Shown piece by piece: positions 18,573 through 28,700 of a DNA stretch of 64,000 nt. Position 1 is the stretch's first letter, and each line of letters begins with the position of its first letter. The stretch lies in contig JAGVGJ010000039.1 in NCBI GenBank assembly GCA_020057115.1, forward strand, positions 52,806 to 116,805, in the 5' to 3' direction. Below the pieces are notes generated by a model that saw nothing but the letters and a program-made list of their open reading frames with translations, ran no database searches and was not told the DNA's origin. A program made the translations under genes and the position numbers. Source of the DNA: Candidatus Omnitrophota bacterium (GTDB lineage Bacteria > Omnitrophota > Gorgyraeia > 2-01-FULL-45-10).

Positions 18573-20015
18573 ATGGCAAGATCTAAAATAATCCCCGTGA
18601 TCGAAGAGCTGAGATCCCCGCTTCCGCCCGAAGAGATGTTCGCCGCGCTCTCGGATCTTCCTTACAGTTTCTTCCTCGACAGTTCGCTTGTGTCCGAAAA
18701 GCTCGGACGATATTCTTTCTTCGGGTGCGAGCCTTTCCTCGTATTCAAGTCCAAGGCGGACCGCATAACCCTCGAGCGGCAGGACGGCAGCTTCGAGTCT
18801 TTAAAAGGGGACCCGTTCACGGTTCTTAAGTCTATCTTCGGAAGATATGAAGTTTCCGGAGATAAAAATATCCCGCTTGTCTCAGGAGGAGTGGGGTACT
18901 TTTCCTATGACCTAAAAAGATTCGTAGAAGAGCTACCGAATATTTCTATGGATGACATGGAGATACCGGATTCTATCATCTGCTTCTACGATGTTATCGC
19001 CTGTTATGACAACCTGACCAAGCGCGCTTACATATCAAGCTCCGGGCTTCCCGAAGAGGACCCGGGCAGGATCGCTTTGCGCGCCGGACAGAGGCTGAAA
19101 GAGTTTAAGCGAAAATTATCTTCTCCGCCGGCCAAGAAGAGAGGATCATATTTCCTGGAAGATGTCAGCATGCGGTCCAACTTCTCGAAAGATGCTTACA
19201 TAAAAGCCGTGCTCAAGGCCAAGGAGCATATAAAATGCGGAAACATATATCAGGTCAACCTCTCCCAGCGCTTTGAGGCCCAGATCGACGTGGATCCGTT
19301 CGATCTCTATTCTCATTTAAGGAAGGCGAGCCCCGCGCCATTCTCGGCATACCTTGGATTTGGGGATGTCGCGATATTAAGCTCCTCTCCCGAAAGGTTC
19401 CTGCTTAAAAATGGCGACTACATAGAGACAAGGCCCATAAAAGGCACAAGACCCAGGGGAGCAGATCCGAAATCTGACGCGCTTCTTGCAAAAGAGCTTC
19501 TCGCGAGCCCGAAGGACAGGGCGGAGCATATCATGATAGTAGATCTGGAGCGCAATGACCTCGGGCGGATATGCGAATACGGCTCTGTCAAACCGGAGGA
19601 GTTTGTCATACTTGAAAGATACGCAAATGTCTTTCACCTGGTCTCGACAGTTACGGGAAAGCTTAAAGATGACGTCGGTGCCGTCGATTGTCTTAAAGCT
19701 GCTTTCCCGGGCGGGTCGATAACAGGGGCCCCAAAGATACGCGCCATGGAGATAATAGAAGAGCTGGAGCCCGTAAAGCGCTCCGTTTACACCGGCGCCA
19801 TAGGATACATGTCATTCGACGGCAAGATGGATACGTCCATAGCCATAAGGACCTTTATCGTAAAGAGAAATGTGGCGTATTTTCAGGTCGGGGGAGGCAT
19901 AGTGGCCGACTCAGATCCGGCGCTTGAGTATGAAGAGACGCTTCATAAGGCAAAGGGATTGATAGAGGCCCTTAAGATGGCCCAAGAGGCGAGGGGAGGC
20001 TTCGTGCGCGCATGA
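18573..20015 (+). CDS. pabB: Aminodeoxychorismate synthase component I
   Basis: YQVNLSQ, SPERF, RPIKGT (PabB-type), MIVDLERNDLG, PGGSITGAPK. Confidence 0.88.
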   Translation: MARSKIIPVIEELRSPLPPEEMFAALSDLPYSFFLDSSLVSEKLGRYSFFGCEPFLVFKSKADRITLERQDGSFESLKGDPFTVLKSIFGRYEVSGDKNIPLVSGGVGYFSYDLKRFVEELPNISMDDMEIPDSIICFYDVIACYDNLTKRAYISSSGLPEEDPGRIALRAGQRLKEFKRKLSSPPAKKRGSYFLEDVSMRSNFSKDAYIKAVLKAKEHIKCGNIYQVNLSQRFEAQIDVDPFDLYSHLRKASPAPFSAYLGFGDVAILSSSPERFLLKNGDYIETRPIKGTRPRGADPKSDALLAKELLASPKDRAEHIMIVDLERNDLGRICEYGSVKPEEFVILERYANVFHLVSTVTGKLKDDVGAVDCLKAAFPGGSITGAPKIRAMEIIEELEPVKRSVYTGAIGYMSFDGKMDTSIAIRTFIVKRNVAYFQVGGGIVADSDPALEYEETLHKAKGLIEALKMAQEARGGFVRA

Positions 20016-20890
20016 AGAGGATGAAGGTCTATATTAACGGCAGATTTACGGACATCTCTTCGGCAAAGGTCTCAGTCTCCGACCGCGGCTTTCTTTATGG
20101 AGACGGCGCGTTCGAGACTATGAGGGCTTACGCAGGCATCGCATTCAAACTCGACGCGCATATCGACAGATTATTCCATTCGCTTAAAGTCATAGATATA
20201 AGACCGCCCTTAGCAAAGAAAGATCTCCGCGATGCGGTAAGACGGGCTATAAAGATCAACAAATTGAAGAGCGCTTACGTCCGCCTTGCCGTTACGCGCG
20301 GGGAGGGAAGGTTCGGGATCGACGCGTTTGTCGGAGCTAAACCGAATACCGTGATCATCGCTAAAGAGCTGGACGGATATCCGGAGGCTTTCTACCGAAG
20401 GGGGATAAAGGTATCGATCGCAAGGAATACCAGGCAGAATGGACATTCGCCGGTATCCGGCGTAAAGAGCCTCAACTTCCTTAACTATATCATCGCCCGA
20501 ATGGAGGCTAAAAAAAGAGGTTTTGACGAAGCCATCCTTCTTAATACGGAAGGATATGTCGCCGAAGGCGCTTCATCTAATATCTTCATCGTAAAACGCG
20601 GCCGTATTATGACCCCTTCTCCGGATAGCGGCATATTACAGGGCATTACAAGAGACATCGTGATCAAGCTCGCGCGAAGGCTTAAGGTGGCCCTCGAAGA
20701 GCGGCGCGTCCGCGAGAACGAGCTTCTCGGCGCGGACGAGGCATTCGTTACAAATTCCATGCAGGAGGTAGTTCCGGTGACTGGCGTCGATAATCGGAAG
20801 GTGGGCGGTGGAAAGCCCGGGGATGTCACAAGGCTTATCCGCATAGCCTATCAGAAAGAAGTGATCTATGATACAATACACCGGATATGA
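20012..20890 (+). CDS. Class IV aminotransferase (PabC/IlvE family)
   Basis: DRGFLYGDGAFET, KSLNFL, EGASSNIF, ILQGITR. Confidence 0.88.
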   Translation: MKRMKVYINGRFTDISSAKVSVSDRGFLYGDGAFETMRAYAGIAFKLDAHIDRLFHSLKVIDIRPPLAKKDLRDAVRRAIKINKLKSAYVRLAVTRGEGRFGIDAFVGAKPNTVIIAKELDGYPEAFYRRGIKVSIARNTRQNGHSPVSGVKSLNFLNYIIARMEAKKRGFDEAILLNTEGYVAEGASSNIFIVKRGRIMTPSPDSGILQGITRDIVIKLARRLKVALEERRVRENELLGADEAFVTNSMQEVVPVTGVDNRKVGGGKPGDVTRLIRIAYQKEVIYDTIHRI

Positions 20891-22554
20891 ACATGAATAT
20901 TAGCATCAAAAGGACTTCGGTGGTGATGATAGCGCTCGTGATCCTCTCGGGCTACCTGTTCTTTTTTCATCTCGGCAATATGGCGCTCACCGACCCCGAC
21001 GAGACATTCTACGGCCAGACGGCCAAAGAGATGTTGAACAGGAACGAGTGGAGCACTCCGTACCTCTACGGCAAGCCGCAGTTCGAGAAGCCGATATTCT
21101 TCTATTGGATGGTGGAGGCGTCTTATAGGATATTTGGCGTAAATGAGTTCGCTGCGCGGCTCCCCTCGGCCGTATTCGGCATGGCCGGGATCATCGCGGT
21201 ATTTTTTCTCGGGTCGCTTCTTTATGATAAGCGCATAGGGATATTGGCTGCGGTGATACTTGCCACGAACGTGGAATATATCATCCTCTCAAGGGCCTGC
21301 ATAACGGATATGGCCCTCGGGACATTCATCCTATTCGGTATGCTCTTCTTCCTCCATGGCTACATTAAAGATAAGCCGGCATTCTATTCTCTTTCGGCGG
21401 CGGCATTTGCTTTTGCGGTCCTGACAAAAGGGCCTGTCGGCCTGGCGCTTCCGGGCCTGTCCATACTGCTATATTTGGTGATCACCGGAGGGCTGGTGAA
21501 ATTTATAAAGCGCTCTAAGCTGTACTGGCCTCTCCTCATATTTATCGCGATAGCAGCGCCTTGGTATATCCTTATGTACAAGGTCCACGGCCAGCCTTTT
21601 ATCGACGAGTTTTTCGGGTTCCGCAACATGAACAGGTTCCTCGTGCCCGAGCATAAGATAGGCTCCCAGTTCTATTATTATGTGCCGGTCGTATTCGGCG
21701 CGCTCTTTCCCTGGAGCGTTTTCCTGCCGCTCGCCCTATGGCGTTCGCTCGAGAGCGCTTTTGACAAAAGCTCGCCCGGCCGCAGCAATTCGATATTCCT
21801 TATTTTATGGTTTTTAGTGATATTCATATTCTTTTCGATATCCGGGACTAAGCTGGCTACCTATATATTCCCGACATTCGCCGCGCTGGCGGTGATGATA
21901 GCCGTCCTGTGGGAGGAGCTGTTTAAAGAAAGGCCATCTCCCGGAACGGAGAAGTGGATGAAGGTGTCATTCGTCTTGTTATTCTTCGTGATAGCCATAG
22001 GAGCGGTGGTATTCTTCTTCTTTATGAAGAAGCGCTATCCCATAGCGATGGCTGGCGCGGCCATGACAGGCGCGCTTCTCACGCTCGGCTTCGGATTATC
22101 GATGCTGTCGTTCTTTAAGAAAAGATACGCGGCTTCATTATTCTTCATCGTCTACGCCATAGTCATATTCCTTTATCCGCTCTCCGTCCTTGTCCTTCCT
22201 TCGGTGGAGCGCTACGAGACGAGCAAGGAGATATCTCTCCACCTGAACAAGATGATGGAAGAGACCGAGGCCGTGGCCTCCGAGAGCCATTATCGCGCCG
22301 GCGTGGCATTTTATACCGGACATTTTCCGATCGACATAGATGTACATGAAGATCTCGTGAGGTTTCTTGATACGGATAAGCGGGTCTGGATAGTAATGAA
22401 AGATAAGAATCACCAGCAACTCTACGAGCTCGATACAAAACCATTCCACACCAAGCCGTCATACATGGTCTATAAACTGCGGAAGAAGGCTATAGTGACC
22501 AACCTTCCGCCGGAGGACGGCAAATATATCCTGAAAAGGGAGAGAATTAAGTGA
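20887..22554 (+). CDS. ArnT-like (GT83/GT39) membrane glycosyltransferase
   Basis: DPDE, FEKP, ARLPSA, LTKGPVG, KLATYIFP; many TM helices. Confidence 0.9.
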   Translation: MNMNISIKRTSVVMIALVILSGYLFFFHLGNMALTDPDETFYGQTAKEMLNRNEWSTPYLYGKPQFEKPIFFYWMVEASYRIFGVNEFAARLPSAVFGMAGIIAVFFLGSLLYDKRIGILAAVILATNVEYIILSRACITDMALGTFILFGMLFFLHGYIKDKPAFYSLSAAAFAFAVLTKGPVGLALPGLSILLYLVITGGLVKFIKRSKLYWPLLIFIAIAAPWYILMYKVHGQPFIDEFFGFRNMNRFLVPEHKIGSQFYYYVPVVFGALFPWSVFLPLALWRSLESAFDKSSPGRSNSIFLILWFLVIFIFFSISGTKLATYIFPTFAALAVMIAVLWEELFKERPSPGTEKWMKVSFVLLFFVIAIGAVVFFFFMKKRYPIAMAGAAMTGALLTLGFGLSMLSFFKKRYAASLFFIVYAIVIFLYPLSVLVLPSVERYETSKEISLHLNKMMEETEAVASESHYRAGVAFYTGHFPIDIDVHEDLVRFLDTDKRVWIVMKDKNHQQLYELDTKPFHTKPSYMVYKLRKKAIVTNLPPEDGKYILKRERIK

Positions 22555-23243
22555 AGAAGCACAGCATATCTTTCGTGTTCCCGATGTATAACGAGGCCGA
22601 TAATATCGCAGCCACTTTGGCCAAGGCGACGCGCCTTGCGCGGGAACTGTCCGATGATCATGAGCTTATCGTAGTCGATGATGCCTCGACGGACGCCTCT
22701 CCTTACATCGTCAAGGAGCTTGCCGCGAAAGACGATAGGATAAAGCTCATAAGGCTCCAGAAGAATACCAAGTTCGGTGGGGCGCTCGCCAAAGGGCTTT
22801 TAAGCGCAGCCAAGGAGACGGTGGTCTATACAGATTCCGACTTTCCCGCGAAGGAGAAGGACATATGGAATGTCTTAGGCATGCTTGAGCGCGCAGATAT
22901 AGTGAGTGCGTATAGCCTCGTAATAAAGGACTGGAGCCTGAAGCGCATCATCATGTCTAAGGGGTATAATTTCCTGGTGAGGCTACTGTTCGGCCTTAAG
23001 ATGCGAGATATAAACGCAGGGCTTAAGGCCTACAGGCGAGATGTCTTTAAAGATATGAAGCTTATCTCTAACAGTCCGTTCGTGGACGCCGAGATATTCG
23101 TCGAGGCGCTGCGGAAGGGCTTTAAGATCGAACAATACGGCCTGATATTCGATTTGCGGACGAAGGGGAGATCCATGATCTCCAGACCCAGCATAGTCGC
23201 TCGCACTTTCTGGGACATGCTGGTCTACAGGTTCTCCAGATGA
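22551..23243 (+). CDS. GT2 polyprenol-phosphate glycosyltransferase
   Basis: PMYNEA, VVDDASTD, DSD motifs. Confidence 0.9.
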   Translation: MKKHSISFVFPMYNEADNIAATLAKATRLARELSDDHELIVVDDASTDASPYIVKELAAKDDRIKLIRLQKNTKFGGALAKGLLSAAKETVVYTDSDFPAKEKDIWNVLGMLERADIVSAYSLVIKDWSLKRIIMSKGYNFLVRLLFGLKMRDINAGLKAYRRDVFKDMKLISNSPFVDAEIFVEALRKGFKIEQYGLIFDLRTKGRSMISRPSIVARTFWDMLVYRFSR

Positions 23244-24076
23244 AGCAGCTTATAATAACAGCTGATGATTTCGGGATAACGAAGAGCGTCAATGAGGGCA
23301 TAGCCAGGGCCTACAGGGAAGGCGCCATTACATGCGTATCTTTTTTGCCTTCGGGAGACGCTTATCAGGATGCCGTCGCCCGGGCCGGGGCGCTGGGCAT
23401 AAAAGAGATGGCCGCGCATCTTGCGCTCACGGAAGTTTCGCCGGTCTCAGATCCCGCCAAAGTCTCGAGCCTCGTAACAAAGTCCGGACGGTTCAATAAA
23501 AGTCGCATATCGTTCTTCTTGAAGTTTTTCCTCGGCAGCATAAAGACCGAAGAGATATATTCAGAGTTAAAAGCCCAGCTCGATCTATTAAAGAAGGCCG
23601 GTATCCCGATAGCGTGTTTAAGCGGCCATGAACATATCCACATGATGCCGGGGATCCTCGAGATATTCATTAAGCTTGCCAAAGAATACGATATCCCGTC
23701 CATAAGATACATGAATGACAATTCAAAGATCGCCGGATTCGATCTTGCGAAAATTTTCAGGGCCATGGTCCAATATCTTTACAGGGACAATATGAAGAAG
23801 TCTTTCGGCGCTTCCTCTATAAAATACGCAGACAGGCTGCTTGGTTTTATCGATTCGGGCAGGATGGGGGAGAAGAAACTCATGATGATGCTCGGGGGAC
23901 TCCCCGACGGCGTTACGGAGCTCGTCACCCATCCCGGTCTCATGGGCCCGGAAATCGCAAGCCGCTACAAATTCCACTCTAACTGCGAGCGCGAACTGAA
24001 AGCGCTCACCAGCCCCAGCGTCAGATCTCTCATCTCCAAGAACAACATCACCCTCACCACTTTCGGTTCACTGTAG
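23240..24076 (+). CDS. YdjC/ChbG/HpnK family deacetylase
   Basis: TADDFG, HL, GHEHIH, THPG. Confidence 0.9.
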   Translation: MKQLIITADDFGITKSVNEGIARAYREGAITCVSFLPSGDAYQDAVARAGALGIKEMAAHLALTEVSPVSDPAKVSSLVTKSGRFNKSRISFFLKFFLGSIKTEEIYSELKAQLDLLKKAGIPIACLSGHEHIHMMPGILEIFIKLAKEYDIPSIRYMNDNSKIAGFDLAKIFRAMVQYLYRDNMKKSFGASSIKYADRLLGFIDSGRMGEKKLMMMLGGLPDGVTELVTHPGLMGPEIASRYKFHSNCERELKALTSPSVRSLISKNNITLTTFGSL

Positions 24077-24078
24077 CC

Positions 24079-24482
24079 CTCTCGGGGTGGGGTATCCTTA
24101 CGCGAACGCTCCATTCCCAGAGGGAATGTCGCTCGGAAGGTTGCTAAATTCGTTGAAATTTAGCAACCTTCGACGTCGCTTCAGGACACCCCACCCCTCG
24201 AGAGCACACATGCAGCGAAATTATAGACGGTTTTAAAAGGAAATTCAAAATTTCAACTTTAGGGGGAAAAGGTCTTAAAGGGAAAGGAGGACATACTCCT
24301 CCTTTCCCTTTTATATAGATTTTCGCGAATTTTTCGCGTGCGTACATTTAAGGAAAGGGGGTTCAGTGAGCGAGTCGTTGTTTTTACTTGAGACGAGCGA
24401 ACGCCGAAGGGGGAAAACAACGTTTTCCCCCTTGGAAAAACGGAAAACCCCTGCTCGCGAAACTACGCGGGAGGGGTTTCCG
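24079..24482. repeat. Cluster of palindromic elements between the deacetylase and ssrA, including a likely ssrA terminator
   Basis: 24079-24098 pairs with 24183-24204; 24136-24150 pairs with 24157-24171; hairpins near 24278-24312, 24407-24433 and 24441-24482. Confidence 0.7.
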
Positions 24483-24486
24483 TTTT

Positions 24487-24900
24487 TGGTGGAGGTGGGG
24501 GGAATCGAACCCCCGTCCCCGGGTATCAGAATAAAGGTCTCTACATGTTTATCCTAATCTTTGATTTCCCTCCCGCGGGCTTCAATAGGAGGAATCCCGC
24601 AGGAAGTATCCTTTATAGATTTCATCCCGCCGGCAAAAGGCTATGTCGCCGGGACTATCCCGCTAGTGTCGTCTTACCCGTTCCCGCAGGCTGGAACAGA
24701 AGACGGGTTAGCTTATAAAGCTAACGCTGCCGGAAGAACCGGTCCCGGCACTACTTGCATAGTGCGTAGGAGCTGGTCTACCGTTGCTGGAACCTTTAGG
24801 TTTTCAGCATTTGATTTGTGCCAGGTTTTTTAAGAGGCCTCCTAGCAACCTCTACATGCCGCCCTTACCTTGCTTACCTGGGTCGAATCCAGTCACCCCC
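24487..24900 (-). ncRNA. ssrA: tmRNA (about 414 nt); tag ORF at 24808-24713
   Basis: 5' GGGGGTGACTGGATTCGAC; 3' GGTTCGATTCCCCCCACCTCCACCA; next to smpB. Confidence 0.95.
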
Positions 24901-25060
24901 TCAAATGAGACCACAACTTATGGAGCGATAGCGACATAAGTTGTTCGCGTCGCTTGCCGGCTGGGTCGAATTTGATCCCGCAAGATACCTTTAAATATTC
25001 GTAGTCTACGATAAATCTATCTTGCGGGAAAAATAATTCAGGTTAGCGTTTCAAAGAACA

Positions 25061-25516
25061 TTACTTATTGCGGTCTCTCAAGGCGCGCTTAAGCTCGCGG
25101 TCGGATTCACGCTTCTTGATCGCGTCGCGCTTGTCATAAAGCTTCTTGCCTTTGGCAAGCCCGAGCTCGACCTTGACGATACCATTCTTAAAATATAGCT
25201 TAAGAGGGATCAATGTGAGGCTCTTCTGCGAGAGCTCTACCGAAAACCTCTTGATCTGGTTTTTATGAAGTAATAGCTTCCTCGGCCTTATCGATTCGAC
25301 ATTGGCTATATTGCCGAACTCGTAAGGGGGTATATGCATATTATACAGGAAAATCTCCGCACCTTCAAGCCTTGCGTAACTATCGACCAGGCTCGCTTTG
25401 CCTGCCCTTAAGGACTTTACTTCAGTCCCTTTAAGCTGGATGCCGGCCTCAAGGCTCTCAAAGATAGCATAGTTATGGCGGGCCTTCCTATTAGTTGCAA
25501 TAACTTTATCGTCCAT
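25061..25516 (-). CDS. smpB: SsrA-binding protein
   Basis: NRKARHNY, GTEVKSLR, RKLLLHK, GKKLYDKR. Confidence 0.98.
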   Translation of the reverse strand: MDDKVIATNRKARHNYAIFESLEAGIQLKGTEVKSLRAGKASLVDSYARLEGAEIFLYNMHIPPYEFGNIANVESIRPRKLLLHKNQIKRFSVELSQKSLTLIPLKLYFKNGIVKVELGLAKGKKLYDKRDAIKKRESDRELKRALRDRNK

Positions 25517-25560
25517 ATTGGCTTAAACATATCATAATATACATGTAAAATCAAGACGGA

Positions 25561-25589
25561 TTGACAGGAAGGGCGTTTTGGGATATACT
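25561..25589 (+). promoter_or_regulatory. Sigma70 promoter for tRNA-Leu
   Basis: TTGACA-17 bp-TATACT. Confidence 0.8.
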
Positions 25590-25604
25590 ATTTCAACAAT
25601 TTGT

Positions 25605-25689
25605 GCGGACGTGGCGGAACTGGCATACGCGTACGGCTCAGAACCGTATGGGGCAACCCTTAAGAGTTCAACTCTCTTCGTCCGCACCA
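25605..25689 (+). tRNA. tRNA-Leu(CAG)
   Basis: Acceptor GCGGACG/CGTCCGC, anticodon arm TACGG-CT CAG AA-CCGTA, long variable arm, encoded CCA. Confidence 0.95.
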
Positions 25690-25720
25690 CTATCTTTACT
25701 CTTCTGACAAAGGAAAATTG

Positions 25721-28700
25721 ATGAAAAAGATGTTCTCCATCAAGGCGATAGTATTTATAGCCGCATTCCTGCTATTCCAGATCGAACTCATAATATCCAA
25801 GCTTTTATTGCCTAAGTTCGGCGGGAGTTATACTGTATGGGGCGCGGCCATCGTATTTTTCCAGGCGACCCTGTTATTGGGCTACCTCTATTCCCATTTT
25901 GTCATTCAGAAGTTCGGCATAGAGCGATACCGCCGCTTCCATATCGGGCTCATCCTTCTTACGCTATTATTCTTTCCGGGAAGGCCGCTGCCGGCCATCG
26001 CTCCGGTGGAGCACCTGCCTATGGTGCTCAATATATTCTGGCAATTATCCCGCACCATAGGGGTCTCATTCTTCCTCTTGTCAACGACGAGCATAATATT
26101 CCAGAGCTGGCTGGCCTCATCCGAATTACCCGAAAAGAAAGACCCTTATTCACTGTACGGCGTATCCAATCTAGGGTCATTCGCGGCGCTTTTGACCTAC
26201 CCGTTCCTGTTCGAGATGTCATTCGATCTAGGCGTGCAGCTGGGGATATGGAGGTTCTTTTATATTATTCTGGTCTTGCTGCACATCGTAGCGCTTCGTT
26301 CGGTAAAGGTGGTTTCTCCTGTAGCGGAAGAGGCCCGGCCCGTCGAAAGCGCGCCCATAAAAACAAAACTCCGCTGGTTTGCGCTCGGCGGGGCAGGCGT
26401 TATCATGTTCCTCTCCATAACCAATATCATCACCTATGAGATAGCCCCCATACCGTTATTATGGATAGTCCCGCTCTCGATCTATCTTTTGTCATTCGTA
26501 TTGAACTTTAAAAGAAAATCATGGTGCCCGGCGTGGATAAGGGATAAATTCCATCTTGTCATCGCCTTCGGCGTGATGCTCTATTTCATGACCGAGATAG
26601 CGGCCCTTGAGTTTATGATCAAGGTCATGTGCTATATATTCGTACTATTTGCGACATGCATGTTCTGCCAAAACGAGCTTTATGCGCGCAAGCCGCAGGA
26701 TAGCCGCAACTTGACGGAGTTCTATCTGGTGATCGCGCTGGGAGGTTTTTGCGGCGGGGTGCTGGTAAGCTGGATCATGCCGCTTGTCACGGCGTCAATG
26801 GCGGAATATCTGATAGGGTTATTACTTATCACCGGGGCCATGGCGCTCGGCGAGGAGAAATGGCGCATTGATAACTACAGCATTAAGCTGATAGCCTACC
26901 TGCTCATACTGGTGATAGTTTGGCCTTTCATATTCAGCGGCTACAACATCTTCGGCATCCTTATACTTTGGGCGGTATTCGCTTTCGTATATTCCAAGCT
27001 TAAAGCCAGGCCGGTGGCCATGGCTGTCAGCGTGCTGGTGCTCCTCGGCCTTTCGCTTACGTCATTCTTACCTTCCATCTGGGGCAATTACACATATCTG
27101 TACCGCCACCGCAACTATTACGGATTTTACAAGGTATACGAGGCCAAGGAGAAAAGGAGTCTTACGAACGGCAGCATATTGCACGGCGCGCAGTACCTTT
27201 CCAAGGACAGGCAGTCAGAGCCGCTCACATACTACAGCTATTCCACTCCGGTCGGCGCTGTGCTGAAGTCACCGTTCTTCGATTTCAAGCGCATAGGTAT
27301 TGTGGGGCTCGGGACCGGAACGCTTGCCGCTTACGGCGCGCCTGATCGAACGATAGATTTTTTTGAGCTGGACCCCGAAGTCTACGGGATAGCCAAAAAG
27401 TATTTTACATATCTAGACGACAGTAAGAGCAAGATCACTTATGTGATCGGCGACGCGCGGCTCTCGCTTGCGGCGGTCCCGGCCGAATACTACGACATCC
27501 TTATCGTCGACGCTTTCAGCGGGGATTCTATACCGATACACCTTCTTACGGTAGAAGCGATCACGGAATACCAGAAACGCATCACCAGGAAGGGCATCGT
27601 GTTGTTCCATGTATCTAACAGATATCTGGACCTCGCTCCCGTATTGTTCGCCAACGCGAACACAGTGCTTGCCTACGCATGCATGGACCGGAACAGGTCA
27701 TTGTTCGATGACACAGCCGCATCGGAATGGGTGGCCATGACATGGAGCCCTGCGACCTATGACATCATGATGTCTCAGATGAAATGGAAGAAGTCTCCCG
27801 GAGGAGCGAATAAGGTCTCAAGGCCGTGGACGGATACATACTCCAACATCTTAAGCGTGTTCCAGTCCGAGAACCTGCTCGCCCAGGTACGCAACTTCAG
27901 GCCATTCTACTGGGATGCTAATCCCGTTGCCGATAAAGCAAGAGATGCATATTACTATTTTGTTGAAGGAAGCTTTTACATGAGTAAGAACGAGATAGAC
28001 AAAGCTATCCGTTCCTACCAGAAATCTTTGAAGTCCAATCCTGCGAGCGCTTCGGTATTGAACGGGATGGGCTTCGCTTATTACCGGAAGGGGGATTATC
28101 CGCTCGCTTTGGAGTATTTTAAGAAAGCTGTCACTGCGAAGCCGAACGACGAAAACATACTATACAATATGGGCAACGTCTATTTCAAGATCAATGATTA
28201 TGAGCAGGCAATAGAATGCTACAAGAAGTCTCTGGAGATAAAACCCAATGATCCGGATTCCCTGCGCAATCTTGCGCGGGCTTACAGTAAGACGGGCCAG
28301 CCCCGGGAGGCGAAGGCATATTTTAAGAAGGCCATAGACGTCAATCCCAACGCATTTGACGTGCGGCTTGCATATCAATTCGAGCAGGAGGTGAGCCGGC
28401 TGGAAGAGGCTATCAGGAAAGACCCTAAAGACGCCGCGTCACTGAACTCTCTCGGCGGTGTATACTTTCGCCAGGCCGAATATGGGAAGGCCATAGAGTG
28501 TTATAAGCGCGCCATGGATGTAAAGCCGGATGACGTAGAGAGCGTTAATAGTCTCGGTTATGCCTATTATACGCAGGGTAATTATCCGAAAGCTCTCGAG
28601 CTTTATCAGAAGGGACTTTCGATGCGTCCGAAAGACGCTGATGTGCTCCACAACCTGGGCAATACTTATTACAAGACCGGCGCTTTCCAGAAGGCAGTAG

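Noticed and set aside
24144-24833. Small ORFs around ssrA
   Set aside because: They overlap tmRNA or palindromic repeats and have no protein features.
24961-24971. CTGGGTCGAAT duplicating part of the tmRNA 5' region
   Set aside because: 11 bp only, next to unrelated hairpins; no evidence of a permuted or duplicated ssrA.
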